From IMG/VR virus record IMGVR_UViG_3300031788_000068: a stretch of DNA of 33,722 nucleotides; one strand, given 5' to 3'. The position numbers were made by a program, and so were the translations under genes. Positions 15,995-28,800 of this stretch are shown here, in pieces. This stretch comes from a virus. The first letter of the stretch is position 1; each line of letters opens with the position of its first letter. Below the pieces are notes generated by a model. It made no database searches. It saw only the letters and a list, made by a program, of their open reading frames with translations, and was not told where the DNA came from.

Positions 15995-16001
15995 CTAAAT
16001 A
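15995..16001 (+). promoter_or_regulatory. T4-type late promoter CTAAATA(TT) ahead of gp25.
   Basis: The context is gcCTAAATATTccatctAGGTGGaaacATG. The 9-mer is identical to the one at 6722 (CTAAATATT). Confidence 0.45.
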
Positions 16002-16019
16002 TTCCATCTAGGTGGAAAC

Positions 16020-16442
16020 ATGGCCGTCATTACCCAATCAAACAGTTCCAGTCAGCTTACACGGTATTTCCTCGGCTATAGCACGCTGTATTCGAATATC
16101 ACCGGCGTGCGTTCGCTCTATGACATTGATCTGATCAATATTGATCTGATGACATCATTCAATACACGGGTGGGCGAGCGGGTTATGCGGCCCGACTACG
16201 GCTGCAAACTGTGGGATATGTTGTTTGAGCCGATGACGCCGATCCTGGCCGGTGCGATCATAGCCGAAGCCACCCGCATCTGCAACCTCGATGCCCGCGT
16301 GGTGCCCCAGACGATCACTCCGCTGCAAATCGACAAAGGGTTTCGCATCGAAGCCACGCTTTTGTATCTGCCTTGGAACGTGATCGCCACATTCAGCGCC
16401 AATTTTGAACTCTCTGAAACCACCTATTTCAATCAGTCATAA
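16020..16442 (+). CDS. Baseplate wedge protein gp25 / GPW family (lysozyme-like fold), 140 aa.
   Basis: 'GERVMRPDYGCKLWDMLFEPMTPILAGAIIAEATRICNLDARV' matches T4 gp25 'GSRPFDPEFGCDLSDQLFENMTPLTADTVERNIESAVRNYEPRI'. Confidence 0.85.
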   Translation: MAVITQSNSSSQLTRYFLGYSTLYSNITGVRSLYDIDLINIDLMTSFNTRVGERVMRPDYGCKLWDMLFEPMTPILAGAIIAEATRICNLDARVVPQTITPLQIDKGFRIEATLLYLPWNVIATFSANFELSETTYFNQS

Positions 16443-16453
16443 GGACCATTCCA

Positions 16454-19400
16454 GTGAGTTCGCGGCAAACAGACCTCCTCGCAGGAGACGAATGGACTTC
16501 GATCTATCAGGGTTTCACCCAGATCAATTTCAACGCCACCGACCCGGTAAGCATCAATCAAGCTCTTAGGAATTACATCCTCGTCAATTATCCCGAGAAC
16601 TTCAATGATTGGATCATCTCCTCGGAATTTGTCGCGATAACCGATCTTCTTTCCTGGCTGGCGGGAACATTGGCCTTCAAGACCGATATCGCGGCGCGTG
16701 AAAACTTCATCGACACCGCCGAATCGCGCGAAAGCATCCTGCGACTGGCGCGTTTCCTGTCATACAATCCGAGCCGCTGTCAACCCGCCACTGGCGTGCT
16801 GAAACTCACCCAGGTAACGACCAGTGATGATGTGTACGACAGTCTTGGTAACGATCTCGCCAATCAGGCGGTGGTCTGGAATGACCCGAATAATATCAAC
16901 TGGCAAGAACAATTCACCCTGGTCATGAACGCCGCGTTCATCCAAACCAATCCGTTCGGCCTGCCGTTAGCCTCCGGCACGGTGGCGAATGTGAGCACCG
17001 ACCTGTACCGGATCAACGGTTTGGCTTCCGCCTCCAGCCTGAGTTTCAGCGCCACGGTCAGCGGCACCGTGATGGCGTTCGAGATTTGCAATGGCGATTT
17101 CAGCGACAATGGCACTCTGTTCGAACGCGATCCCAATCCAGCCAATGCCCTGCAACTGTATTATTTGAACGACAGTAATGGTTATGCCAGCACGCGCACC
17201 GGTTTCTTCCTGCTGTTCAAACAAGGGAACACCGCCCAACAGGTGTTCCAGATCGCCACCCCGGTGCAGAACCAGTTGCTCGATCTGGGGGTAAGCAACG
17301 TCAATAATAACGATATCTGGGTGGATACCGTCGATGACAATGGCGCCGTGCAAATCGATTGGACCAAAGTCCCGGCGATCTTCAACAATAATATCACCTA
17401 TAACAATCTCGCCAATACCGTACGCACAATCTACTCGGTGCTGACCCGCGATAACGATCAGGTCACCCTCCGGTTCTCGGATGGCAGTTTCGGTCTCGCC
17501 CCGGTCGGCAATATTGCGGTGACCTACCGGGTGTCCAACGGTCTGACCTACCAAATCCAGCCGAGCGAAATCAGCAACATCACACTGCCGATCCAATATT
17601 TCAACACCGCCGGATCGCCCAAGCTGGTGTATCTGACGTTTTCGCTGCTGGAGACCGTGGCGAATGCCAGTGCAGCCGAAACGATCGAGCAAATCCGCCA
17701 GCGCGCCCCCCAGGTCTATGGTACGCAGAACCGGATGGTGTCCGGTCAGGACTACAATACCTTTCCGTTGTCCTCCAATCTGGCGGTCAAGATCAACGCC
17801 GTCAACCGAGTCTATAGTGGCCAATCGCGCTACATCGATCTGCATGATCCGACCGGCACCTATCAGGACCTGTCGATCTTCGGCGAGGATGGCCTGTTCT
17901 TCAGCGATCCGGCGAATACCTATTTCGAAGTGCCCACTACGCTCAATCGCACCTCATTACAAATCTTCAATGATTATATCGTGCCTGCGATCAATCAGTA
18001 TACCACAGCGAATTTGATCCGCGACGTGCTGCTGCAGAATGTCCGGAACAACACCATCCGGGCGCCGCTCGATCAGGCCGGTGCGCCCTTTACCTGGGCG
18101 CCGTCCAGTGCCGCATTATTCAACACCAGCGGGACGTTCATCCATGATGCCAATCGGGGCCGCGTCGCCCTCCCCAGCCTGCCCGCTGCGGCCGGGTTGA
18201 TCCAGGTCGGGGCGCTGTTACAGTTCAGTGTCAACAGCACCCTGGTTTGGGTTTCGGTGGTCAGCCTCGGCAATGCGATCGATACCCCCTTGGTGGTCAA
18301 TACGGCAGGGCCAGTGACGCTGTCGCAAAGCCTGCCAAGCGGGGCGATCCTGCTCGCTGTGCTGCCCCAGGTGGTTACCACGGTGCCATCGACCCTGAAC
18401 ACCCCGAGCGGGTTGTCGGTCAATATGCTCTCGGGCTATCTCGATCTGCGGCTGTCCTTCTCGCTGCTCTACGATTATGCCACCGGGCTTTGGGTTCTGG
18501 GCACGGCGCAGAACAGTTTTGGCGCGCCTCAGGCGACGCTGGGCGGGCCGAATGGGACCACGGTGCTGATCGGGCTGGTTAACATTGTCGGCGGCGTGTG
18601 GCGGATCAATACGCGCGGCCTGCGCTATGTGTTCGAAAGCCTCGGCGCGGTCGAATGGTACGACAATGGCGTGCGCACCCTGGCGCAGACCACGGGCGAA
18701 GCCACGGCCGATAATCTCAGCGTGCTGCGGATCAATCCCAATCTGAACGACCCGAGGGGCTATGCGTTGGGAATCGATTACGGCCTCACCATCGATCGGC
18801 TCTGGACCTATCCGGATGGCACGGCCGAACCCCGGCGCACCACGGTCTTGTTTGCTGATAGTAACGGTGATGGCGTGCCGGATCGGCCCGACACGTTTTA
18901 CAACCTCATCTCCGGCAGCCCGGCGACAAACTATTTGTTCTGGAGCAACACAGCAGTGCCTCCGTATGACCAACCATATTACACAGTGAACGGGTATGAC
19001 AATGATGGTTTGCTGCAAGCGGATACCCCGCCGCTCGGCACGGTCGGCTTTCAGGTCGTCTCTTCGGTCACCCCATTAGCGAATGAAACCTTTTGGGTGT
19101 ATCAACTCACCGGCTGGACGCAGGACACCACGAGCAGCTATCGCTTCGCCATCGGACGCGGTCCGAATGTCGCGGCCAATTGGATCAGCGCCTCGGCCAG
19201 CGCCACGCCCAGTGGCGATGCGTTATTCTTTCATTGGCAACATTACGCCCCGAGTGATCATCGGATCGATCCGGCCAGCACCAATATCGTCGATATTTTT
19301 TGCCTGACCTACTCGTATGACAGTGCGGTGCGGCAATGGATCACAGCGGGCGCGATTGCCGCCCAGCAACCCTATCCGCCAACCGAACTGGACCTCAGTC

Positions 19401-19840
19401 TGGCGTTTTCCGGGTTGGAAGATTTCAAGATGTTCTCCGACACGATCGTGTGGCGGCCCGTGCAATATCAATTCCTGTTCGGTGCCGCTGCCGATCCGGC
19501 CCTGCAAGCCAAATTCAAAGTCGTCCGGGCGACCAATTCGGCAGTCAGCGATGGCGAAATCCAGAGCAGCATCCTTGCCGCAATCAATGTGTTCTTTGCC
19601 GTCAGCAACTGGGATTTCGGCGAAACGTTCTACTTTACCGAATTGGCCGCGTATATCCATCAGCAACTGGTCGGGCAAATCCTGTCTGTCGTCATCGTGC
19701 CAGTGATCGCGAATGGCGCATTCGGGGACGGGTTCGAGATACCGTGCCAAGCCAACGAGATTTTCATCAGCGTGGCACAGGTCGCAGATATCGTTCTGAT
19801 CGCGTCCAACACCGCGACCAACCTGCGGATCGCAAATTAA
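16454..19840 (+). CDS. Baseplate-J / T4 gp6-like wedge protein, 1128 aa (about 470 aa longer than T4 gp6).
   Basis: The start is GTG, with RBS AAGGA at 8 nt. The N-terminal 'ILRLARFLSYNPSRCQPATGVLKL' fits the Baseplate_J core. The gene follows gp25 by 11 nt, as in the T4-like 25-6-7 arrangement. Confidence 0.6.
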   Translation: MSSRQTDLLAGDEWTSIYQGFTQINFNATDPVSINQALRNYILVNYPENFNDWIISSEFVAITDLLSWLAGTLAFKTDIAARENFIDTAESRESILRLARFLSYNPSRCQPATGVLKLTQVTTSDDVYDSLGNDLANQAVVWNDPNNINWQEQFTLVMNAAFIQTNPFGLPLASGTVANVSTDLYRINGLASASSLSFSATVSGTVMAFEICNGDFSDNGTLFERDPNPANALQLYYLNDSNGYASTRTGFFLLFKQGNTAQQVFQIATPVQNQLLDLGVSNVNNNDIWVDTVDDNGAVQIDWTKVPAIFNNNITYNNLANTVRTIYSVLTRDNDQVTLRFSDGSFGLAPVGNIAVTYRVSNGLTYQIQPSEISNITLPIQYFNTAGSPKLVYLTFSLLETVANASAAETIEQIRQRAPQVYGTQNRMVSGQDYNTFPLSSNLAVKINAVNRVYSGQSRYIDLHDPTGTYQDLSIFGEDGLFFSDPANTYFEVPTTLNRTSLQIFNDYIVPAINQYTTANLIRDVLLQNVRNNTIRAPLDQAGAPFTWAPSSAALFNTSGTFIHDANRGRVALPSLPAAAGLIQVGALLQFSVNSTLVWVSVVSLGNAIDTPLVVNTAGPVTLSQSLPSGAILLAVLPQVVTTVPSTLNTPSGLSVNMLSGYLDLRLSFSLLYDYATGLWVLGTAQNSFGAPQATLGGPNGTTVLIGLVNIVGGVWRINTRGLRYVFESLGAVEWYDNGVRTLAQTTGEATADNLSVLRINPNLNDPRGYALGIDYGLTIDRLWTYPDGTAEPRRTTVLFADSNGDGVPDRPDTFYNLISGSPATNYLFWSNTAVPPYDQPYYTVNGYDNDGLLQADTPPLGTVGFQVVSSVTPLANETFWVYQLTGWTQDTTSSYRFAIGRGPNVAANWISASASATPSGDALFFHWQHYAPSDHRIDPASTNIVDIFCLTYSYDSAVRQWITAGAIAAQQPYPPTELDLSLAFSGLEDFKMFSDTIVWRPVQYQFLFGAAADPALQAKFKVVRATNSAVSDGEIQSSILAAINVFFAVSNWDFGETFYFTELAAYIHQQLVGQILSVVIVPVIANGAFGDGFEIPCQANEIFISVAQVADIVLIASNTATNLRIAN

Positions 19841-22800
19841 ATGACCAAACGGCGTTTCATCTCCCTGCTGCCCGGCTGCAACCAAACCGCCGACCTGACC
19901 GCCTTCTTCGGCGCCACGGTCGATGCCTTATTCCAGCCAGGAATTTCCGACAGTATCAATGGTTACATCGGTCACCAAATCAGCGGGGCCGACCCGACCA
20001 CCGATTTCTATCTCGCCGAACCGGATCAGACTCGCGCGTTCTACCAGTTGGAACCCGGCATGGTGAGCCTCAATTCCACCAGCAATACGATTCGCAATGC
20101 CCTGACCTATCCGGATTTCATTTCTTATCTCGATGACACCGGGGCGATCGTCAGCAATCAGCAGCGGCTGTTCGACACCGCATTGTATAGCTGGGCGCCG
20201 CCCATCAATATCGACGCCTGGATGAACTATCGGCAATACTATTGGTTTGGCGATGGCGCCGAGGATATGCCGGTCCTGGCGATTAACGTTCCAATCACGT
20301 ATTATACCGGCGACGGGGTTACCACGCTGTTCGCCCTGCCACCATCCATGACCTCGATCACCCTCGCGCAGGAAACCCCGACCGGTTATGTTGCGGGTGA
20401 AACAATGCCAACCACCCTCAGTCCGGATGGCAGCAGTCTGATCTTCGCAGATGCGCCTGCTCTTGGCACAGTGGTCATGGTGACGCGCATTGCCGACTTT
20501 ATCGGCACCGTGACCAACATGACGAGCATCGATGTGACCGGACTCACCTCAAATGATACTACCCCCTCACGCGCGCCCAGTCCGCCGGTCACCCAGCTTA
20601 GCTCGGGGATGCTGCTGCGTATCTACGATACCTTGCATCTGACCGAAGGCTGGGGTGGTCCGGCCTGGGATACCACGCCCTGGGACGCAGCGGCCTTCGA
20701 TCAGTATATCATCGATGGCGTCGGTCAGAGCATCCGGTTCACCCCGTATGGCACGCTGATCCGGGGTCTCGCGGCACAATACGTCACCATTGATCGCTCA
20801 TCGCAGCAAACCAACGCATGGTCGAGCCGCAATCTGTGGGTGCATCGCGCCACCTTCCTGTGGGCCGGAGTGGATTTCGTCAGCCGTCAAGCCTTGCGCC
20901 CAATCATCGAATTCGTCCGCGATCTGGTGTTATGGCAATGCTCTGCCTCACTCTACAAACCGACCCCTCAGCAAGGCAGCACCCTCACCTTCGCGGGAAC
21001 CTTGCCGGTCGCCACCACCGTCAAGGGGTTTGATGTCGAGATCGGTGTCACGAGCGAAACGTTAACCACGCCGATTCCGGTTGTTACAGTCATCACCACA
21101 GCATCCACTGCGGTCACCCTGGCGACACCCTTGCCTGCGCTACTGGGACCGTTCGCGGCAGGCACTTCCATGACCTTCCAGCAGATTTGGTCGGAGGATG
21201 TGGCGCCATTGTTCATGCTGTATGATCTCAGCACCACCCCCGCGCCCTTGAACGATCCGGTTCGTTATCCCAACAGCACGTTTTATGGCGATCACATTTT
21301 CGGCTACGCGCTGGGCACCGGGGCGGCCGATCCGGTCATTTTGCAACCCTTGGTGTTTGACAGCAATGGTATCATTGTCTACGACAATGCGATCGCCACG
21401 ACACAATATCTGGCCGGATCGACGCCGATCATCGGGCTTTATCGTTACGCCACGCATAGTAGCGCGGGTGATCCGCAATATTACTCGCCGTGGCACGATG
21501 CGGGCATCACCAGCCAGTCGATCGCGATCAATGGCTTTTGGGATATTCCGGTCAATTTGCAAGCCAATCCCTTGGCGCAAGAGGTTAGCCGGGTGTCGAA
21601 CAGCGATGTCCAGCAGCATTTTGCCGACTTGATCAGCCAGCAAAGCAATTTCAGCGGCACGGCCAGTGCCAGCAACAACTATCGCGACAGTCCGCGCGAT
21701 CTGTCTCTCGGCACCCAGGTTCTCCAGCATCGGGCGACCCTGCTCAAGGCCATGCTGCTGGCGTCGTCCAGCCAATTCGATCTGACCCTGGCACTGCGCT
21801 ACGCCGATCAGGAATATAACAGATTCCGTAACAAATTCGCCCGCAAGCTGGTTGATCTATGCAATCGTGGTGTGCTGCGAGTGGATATCGATCCTGCCAG
21901 TACTTGGGTGGCGACGACCCTGGCGGCCTTGAAGATTGGCCATACCAATGCGATGCCGTTTTGGCTCAGCACGATGGCGGGCGGCCAATGGTTCATTCCG
22001 CCCACGGCCTCGGCCCTGGGTATCCAACCGGCTGTGGTGCCTGCGCTGCTGGTCGATGCCTTGTATAATCCGCCGATTACTTTCATCCAGGGGCATGACG
22101 GCAGTCGCACACCCGCCAATAATGACTGGCGCGATGCGATCATCCTGGCGCTGGAACAACTAATCTACACCAATCTCGATCCTGCGTTGCAGACCGAAGC
22201 GCGGCCGGTGTTTGACATTCAGCAATGGTGTGGCGGGCATTTCTACGCCCCCGCGAACGGCTATAGCCACGCCGAGGTGAGCAGCCTGCTGGCGCCATTC
22301 TTCGAAATCTGGGCGCAGAACAACGGGCTGGATTATCGCAATGCGCTGGGCTACGATCCGAGCAATCCTTTCACCTGGAACTATCGCGGCAGCCTCGACC
22401 TCTTTGGCTTGCCGATGGCTGGAAGCTGGCGCGCGGTCTATCACGATTATTACGGCACCGATGCGCCACATCTGCGTCCCTGGGAAATGCTGGGCTTTCA
22501 AACTCAGCCGTCCTGGTGGGTGACGCAGTATGGCGCGCCGCCTTACACCCCCAGCAATCGGGTCTGGATCGACGCCACGAACGGCTATATCGCGGGTGGC
22601 GTGCGCGCGGGCTATGATGCGGTCTATTCTCGGCCCGGTCTGCTGGCGGTCTTGCCGGTCGATGCGACGGGCCATCTGCGCGATCCCACCCAAATCGGTC
22701 TGGTCACGGTCACTTCGGGGCTCGTCGCGCTCTCCAGCCAGCCCTGGCAAGCAGGCGATTTCGGTCCGGTCGAGATGCTTTGGCGGACCACCCCGTCGTT

Positions 22801-25800
22801 TCAATATGCCCTGGCCTGTGTCAGTTTTTTGATGAAGCCCGCCCGCTTCACCGATACCTGCTGGACGACCCTCACGCGCGGCCTGATCGCTGATCAATGG
22901 GTCGATCTGAACACTTTGTTGCGTTCCACTGACTCAACCAATCTGCTGCATGGCGAGAGCGATGCGGCAGGCCAACCTGTGGTGGTCACTGGCGTCTCGC
23001 AATGGCTCGCCGACTATCTGGTTTCGCAGGGCGGCACGAGCAGTCAATTGGGCGATGCGGTGCGCGGCTTGGATGTGCGCCTGCTGCATCAGATGGCGGG
23101 GTTCGTATCGAGCAACACGGTGCAGGCGGTGTGCGATAGTTTCGGCTTGCTACCTGCCGAGAATGTGCAGACAATTCTCTATACATCGCCACCCAACGAT
23201 ACCGAGGTCTATAGCGGCGTGATCGTCGAGTGGACGGGCGCCGGGTGGCGGGTGATTGGCTATGACGGGCGCACCCCTTCCTTCACCATCATCCCGCCTG
23301 ATCCGGCCTCGGTCAAAGGCGTGATCAGTCTCGCCAGCGTCGCGGAACCGAAGATCAGCCCCTGGCAAGCCAGCACGTGGTATGCGCTGAATACTTACTG
23401 CAATTCGCAGGGTTCGGTGTATCAGTGCCAACGCTCGCACACCAGCGGCCCGATCTTCGAACTGAGTTTCTGGACCCCGCGTCCCGATCTCAGTCCATTC
23501 GCGATCCCGGCGCCACGCATCGTCACCTATGCGACCGGTTTCAAGGCGCTCCAACAAGTCGCCTATGGCACGATATTCAACACCTATCAGGCGGTCGGCG
23601 ATTTTCTGCTCGGCTATGAACGTTACTTGGTATCACGGGGGTGGATTTTCAGCGGCACCGATCCGCAATCCGGCGCGATCCTGAACTGGTCGATGGCGGC
23701 ATTGGAATTCCTGTCCTGGACGCAGGTCAAATGGCAGCCCGGCAACTTCATCGCCCTGTCGCCCGGACAGCGGCAAATCCAATTCAGCACGCTCACCGGG
23801 ACGATCAATAACGTGGAGGACAACAGCACGGGGTTCTTCGGGCTGTGCGATCGCGTCGGCGCCCCGATCAGCCAAAACAACGTCCTGCTCAGCCGTCTGG
23901 ATGGCGATCTGACCATCACCGCGCTGAATGCCGATATCTTCCTGGCCCGGCTCTATCTCAGCACCATCGAACATTTGTTAGTTTTTGATAACGTAACCAT
24001 CTTTGACGATGCCATCTATCTGCCGTTGTTCAATCTCCGCCAGCCGCGTCTGCAATTGATCTGCAATCGGGCGCAGCAATGGAGCGGACGGCTGGACGCA
24101 CCCGGCTTCGTCATCACCGGCAACACCTTGGCCTCTAGCTTCGAGAAAGCCGCCAATGATGTGCGCTACATGTTTGACATCGAACTGGCAGATGTGGCCG
24201 ACCTGCGGGACTACGCACGTCACGTGATCGGCTATGCCGAGCGTAATTACCTGGATAACCTCCTGTTGGCCGAAGTCGAGCAGTTTGAGTTCTATCAAGG
24301 AATGATCCAGCAGAAGGGTGCCCCCGGCGTGTTCGAGAAACTGATGCGCAGCACCCGCGCATCCGGCAACAGCACGCTATCGTTCCTCGAAGAATGGGGC
24401 TTTCAGGTCGGCCAATACGGGGCTCCGGCCGATGGGTTCGTGACGTTCCAACTGGCGCAGACCGATACCCGTGACGATCCGCAGTTTGTCAGTTTTCAGC
24501 CGCTCGCCAATGCGCCGCTGAACTGGATCATGCTCGCGCCGGGCGATCCGCGCTGGTATGACGTGCCGCCGAACCCGAGCCAATTTTTCACCATGCAGAG
24601 CGGCTTCGTCCCTGCCGCCTTGCCGATTGCCGGGCCGGTGCGGCTAACCGATGTCGCCAATACAGTGTTCGCCTGGGCCGACGTGCCGACGGTGTTCAGC
24701 CAAGAATTGCAGGCAGGTACTGCTACCTTGCCCGCCGGAGAACGCCTCTGGGTGTATGAACGAGCCGATCTAACCTTTACGGTGCTGGAAAGCTTTAACA
24801 CAGCGGCGCTCCCAAATGCGCTGCTCAGCGTGCTCGCACCCGTCATCGGCAGCACCGATCGAACCGCGACCCAGACCACGCGACTGACCCTCAGCCAACC
24901 ACTCAATCTGCAACAAAGTGACATTGGTAGCTACATCGTCATTGATGCGCCCAGTCTGTCCTATCCGGACCTGCATGGTGTCGCAACCTTGATCGCCATC
25001 AACTTCGCCAATAATACCATCGATATCGATTCGGTTAGCACACAGGGCTACGTCTATCTGCCCACCGACACCGCGCCTATGGTGCGCATTCTGCGCGAAA
25101 TGCGGTTTCCTGATCTGGCGACGCTGATGGTCGCGGGCTACGATTGGATGATCGGCGACCTCGCCTGGATCGACGGTTCAGCCACGATGCCCTGGACGGT
25201 GCAGCAATGGGATGGCGGCGAATGGTCTCTCGCCCGCCAGCAGCCCCTGCGCAATAATCCGACGACGATCAGCGAGACGCTGATCTATGCAGCCGGGACG
25301 CAGATCACGGGTATGCTCATGAGCAGCAACACGCCAGTGGTGAACGCCATCGACGTGATCGATCCGGTTGCTGGCTTAATTGCAGGCCGCGCCCGCAAGG
25401 AACTCGATTATCTCACCCCGTTCGATCCGGCCCGCTATAACGCCGGAGCGACATCTGCTGCGCTCAACCCGTGGGGGCCGAATGAACGCGGCCGGGTGTG
25501 GTGGAATATCGCCACCGTCAAGTTTATCGATCCCTCCACCGATGTCTTAGGCGCAAGTAACGATCGCGATGTGGTCGAGTTGCACTATCGCATCCAGCAA
25601 TGGACCCGTGTGGCGCCACTTAGCAGCGTCGATGTGTATGAATGGATCGAAAGCCTCGTCGATCCGACGACCTATATCGCCCAGGCCATAACCGATTCGT
25701 CCTTGGGACGGGTGTATCTCACGGACGCGCCCTCCTGGGTCGAGCGGGTGGTGTATGATCCGACCCTCGGCGATGTGCTGAAGTATTACTTCTGGGTCAG

Positions 25801-28800
25801 CGGGCTGACGGTTGTACCCGTGGTTTCGTTTCGCAGTCTTTCGGTGGCCACGGTGATCCAGGCGATTACCTATCCATCGAGTGCCGGTCTGGCTTGGATG
25901 GCGCCCATTAGCAGCAATGGTTTGCTGATCAGTGGGGTCGCGAGTGCGTTGGATGATAGCAGCACAGTGATGAAAGTGCAGCAGCACACGATTCGCGATC
26001 TGGCGGAGCGGCATGACCAATGGGCGCTGATGCGGCCGAATGATCCGTCCTCGTTGCCATCGGCTTATCTGTGGCAGCATTTGCGCGACAGTTTGACCGG
26101 GTTCACGGTTGATTTGCAGGGGATGCGCAGTTTGCCGTCTGGCACGCTCCCGGCGCAACGCAATGTCGGGATTCAGTCTGGTCAAAACATGTTTCAGATC
26201 AGCGGCATGCTGGGCGCACGGGGGGGCTTGCTGGACGCGCGGCAGAATTTCGTCGATGCGGTGAACGCGATCTTTGCGCAAACGCCGATCTGCGTGCAAC
26301 GCACGGCGGTGTTGCCGAGCCTGACCCGCTATGATGCGCCCAGTGCGACGCTCCAATGGACACAAACCGATGCCTCCTATCCGGTGGAACCGCCCCCGGT
26401 CGGGGCCTGGATGGTACAGGTTTACTCGATGGCCGAGCGCGATAATCTACTGGCGCGCGCGGATTTCCTCGGGGCCGGGAACCTGCTGCCGGGGATCGTC
26501 GCGCCGATCAGCCAAACCATGACGGTTTTGGTTAACAGTCTGACCAGCTTCGTCCCGCATTGGAGCATCTGGACCTTCGATGGGGTGGCAGCCAATCGCG
26601 CGAGCGCCAGCTTCCAGCAGGCCAATAGCACGGCCACCCCAGCCGAGATCATTGCCTTTCTGCTGCTCAATGCCGATGCCTTCTTCGCCTTGGCTCCCAC
26701 CTACGAAGTGCAGGTCGCCTCCGAGACCGTCCGCGACAGTCTTGCGACCCTCAGCCTGGGCGATCGCGTTCTGGTGCTACCTCCCACAGGGTTCTGGGCG
26801 ATCTGGACCTATCAAGGCGCTGGCCAACCATTCAGCTTGTTACGCACCCAGCGATACCATCTGATCCTGGCCGCTGCCGATGATAGCGCGAGCGATGTGT
26901 TCCTGAGCTATGCTGATTATTACGCTTCCGGTTACAGTGTGAATGATCCGCCCGTCATCCATTATGCCACTATCGCCGCGCGCAATATCGGCGAAGGGAC
27001 CCAGCCGGTCAATCAACTGGTGGTTGTCGATGATGCCGGAACGGGTGGGTTTATCTGGACCCAGTTCGATCCGACGAGCGCCAGTTGGACCACCGTGGCG
27101 ATCGAAAATGGCACCATCCAACTCGCCAAGGCATTATACGATCCCGATCGGGTGCCGGAAACCCCGACATGGTTGGCCCCCGGCGCGGAACTGCTGGCCC
27201 CGTCCGATGTCACCTTGCGTGATGGCTCATGGGAATTGCGCAGTCTGCTCGATGCCCTGCGCTACGCCAATGTGCTGAAAGACTCTGAGATCAACACGCT
27301 GTGGTTCAATATGGTGGATTTTGTCCATGCCCAGCAGAGCAATGTTGATTGGGCTTTCAAAACATCTTTCATGAGCATTCTGGGCTACAACGTGCCGTTG
27401 CTGGAAACCCCGTTCACCCGAGTCGATCAGACCGTCAACCTGATTGACTTTGTCAATGAAGTCAAACCCTATCGCGTGAAGATACGCGAATATGCCACGA
27501 GCTACACGCCCCCCACCGATATCGCCCCCACCCTGGCGACCGATTTCGACAAGCCAGTCTATTGGGATCAGCGGCTGGGCGTCTATCGCGTGCTCGATCC
27601 CGCCAACCTCACTGATATTGCGATTCTGCAAACCCAGCCTTGGGTGAATTGGTATACCAACTATCTGGCCATCATTGCCGCGATGGCTGCCGCTGGGACG
27701 GCCGCCAGCGCCTTGGCGAGCGCCAATGGGGGAACCGCCCAGCAAATCGCCTTGGCGGTCTCCACGGCCGAGAATACGGTCGCCGCGACGGCCCTGGATC
27801 GGCAGGTCACGGTCACCCTGCTGTTTGATCGCGTGGTCGGCAGTGCCGCAGCCGGGGGCTGGGACGTCGCCACCTGGGATACCAAGCCCTGGGATAACAC
27901 CACTGACGAAGCCAATGATCAATCCGGCGCAGTGCACCGGATAGCCAGCTACTACCAGCCGAGTGCCGGGATGCCAACCGATCTCGGGCAACTGCTGAAC
28001 CTGCAATTCAAAGGCGGCTGGGTCGATGGCTTTATATTCAATGCCAATGACTATCCAGTCAGCAATTATCCCACCTCCGGGTGGGATACACTCGGGATCA
28101 GCGAGACCTCACAGGTCGCCCTGACCGTCAGCGGCGATCGCTTCGCCACCGTAGAGACAACCGTCGTTAATCCGTCCCTCCCCGGCCAGCCGCGCGAATA
28201 CGGCCTGCGCGATCCGGCACTCGAAGCGGAGCATCCCGAGGAACGCATTGGCTATGCGGCCGATGATGGCTTGCAACTCATCGTCACCAGTTTGGCCAAT
28301 GCCGGGGCACCGCCGATCGAAATCAAGAGATTTGATCTGCCTGCCTTCACCGGCACCCAGACGTTTTCATTTGCCACCATGGCGCAATCAGCGGCAGCCG
28401 TGCTGGTGCATTGCAATGGCCTGCGCGCCACCCTCGGCACCGATTACACAGTCGATCATTTTGGCCGCACAGTCACGATCAATGCCACGCTGCAAACCAG
28501 CCCGGTCACTCGCGTGGTCTTGCATGTGTTCGGCTTCGGCGGTCTGACCCCGGTCACTGATAGTCAATTTCTCAGTTCCGGGGTGAATGCGCTGAGCATC
28601 GCCCAGGCCACGCTCGCCAGTAATGTCGCAGTGATCGTCAATGGCGTTGTGTTGTCCAGCGGCTATCAGGTCAATGGCACGAGCGTCACGCTTTCCGTCC
28701 CGCCGTCTGTGGGCAGCGATGTCGCACTCATCAGTTATCTGCCAGTCTACAGCGATTATCCAGTAACCGATCCGGTGTCCGGTATCGTAACGTATCAGCA

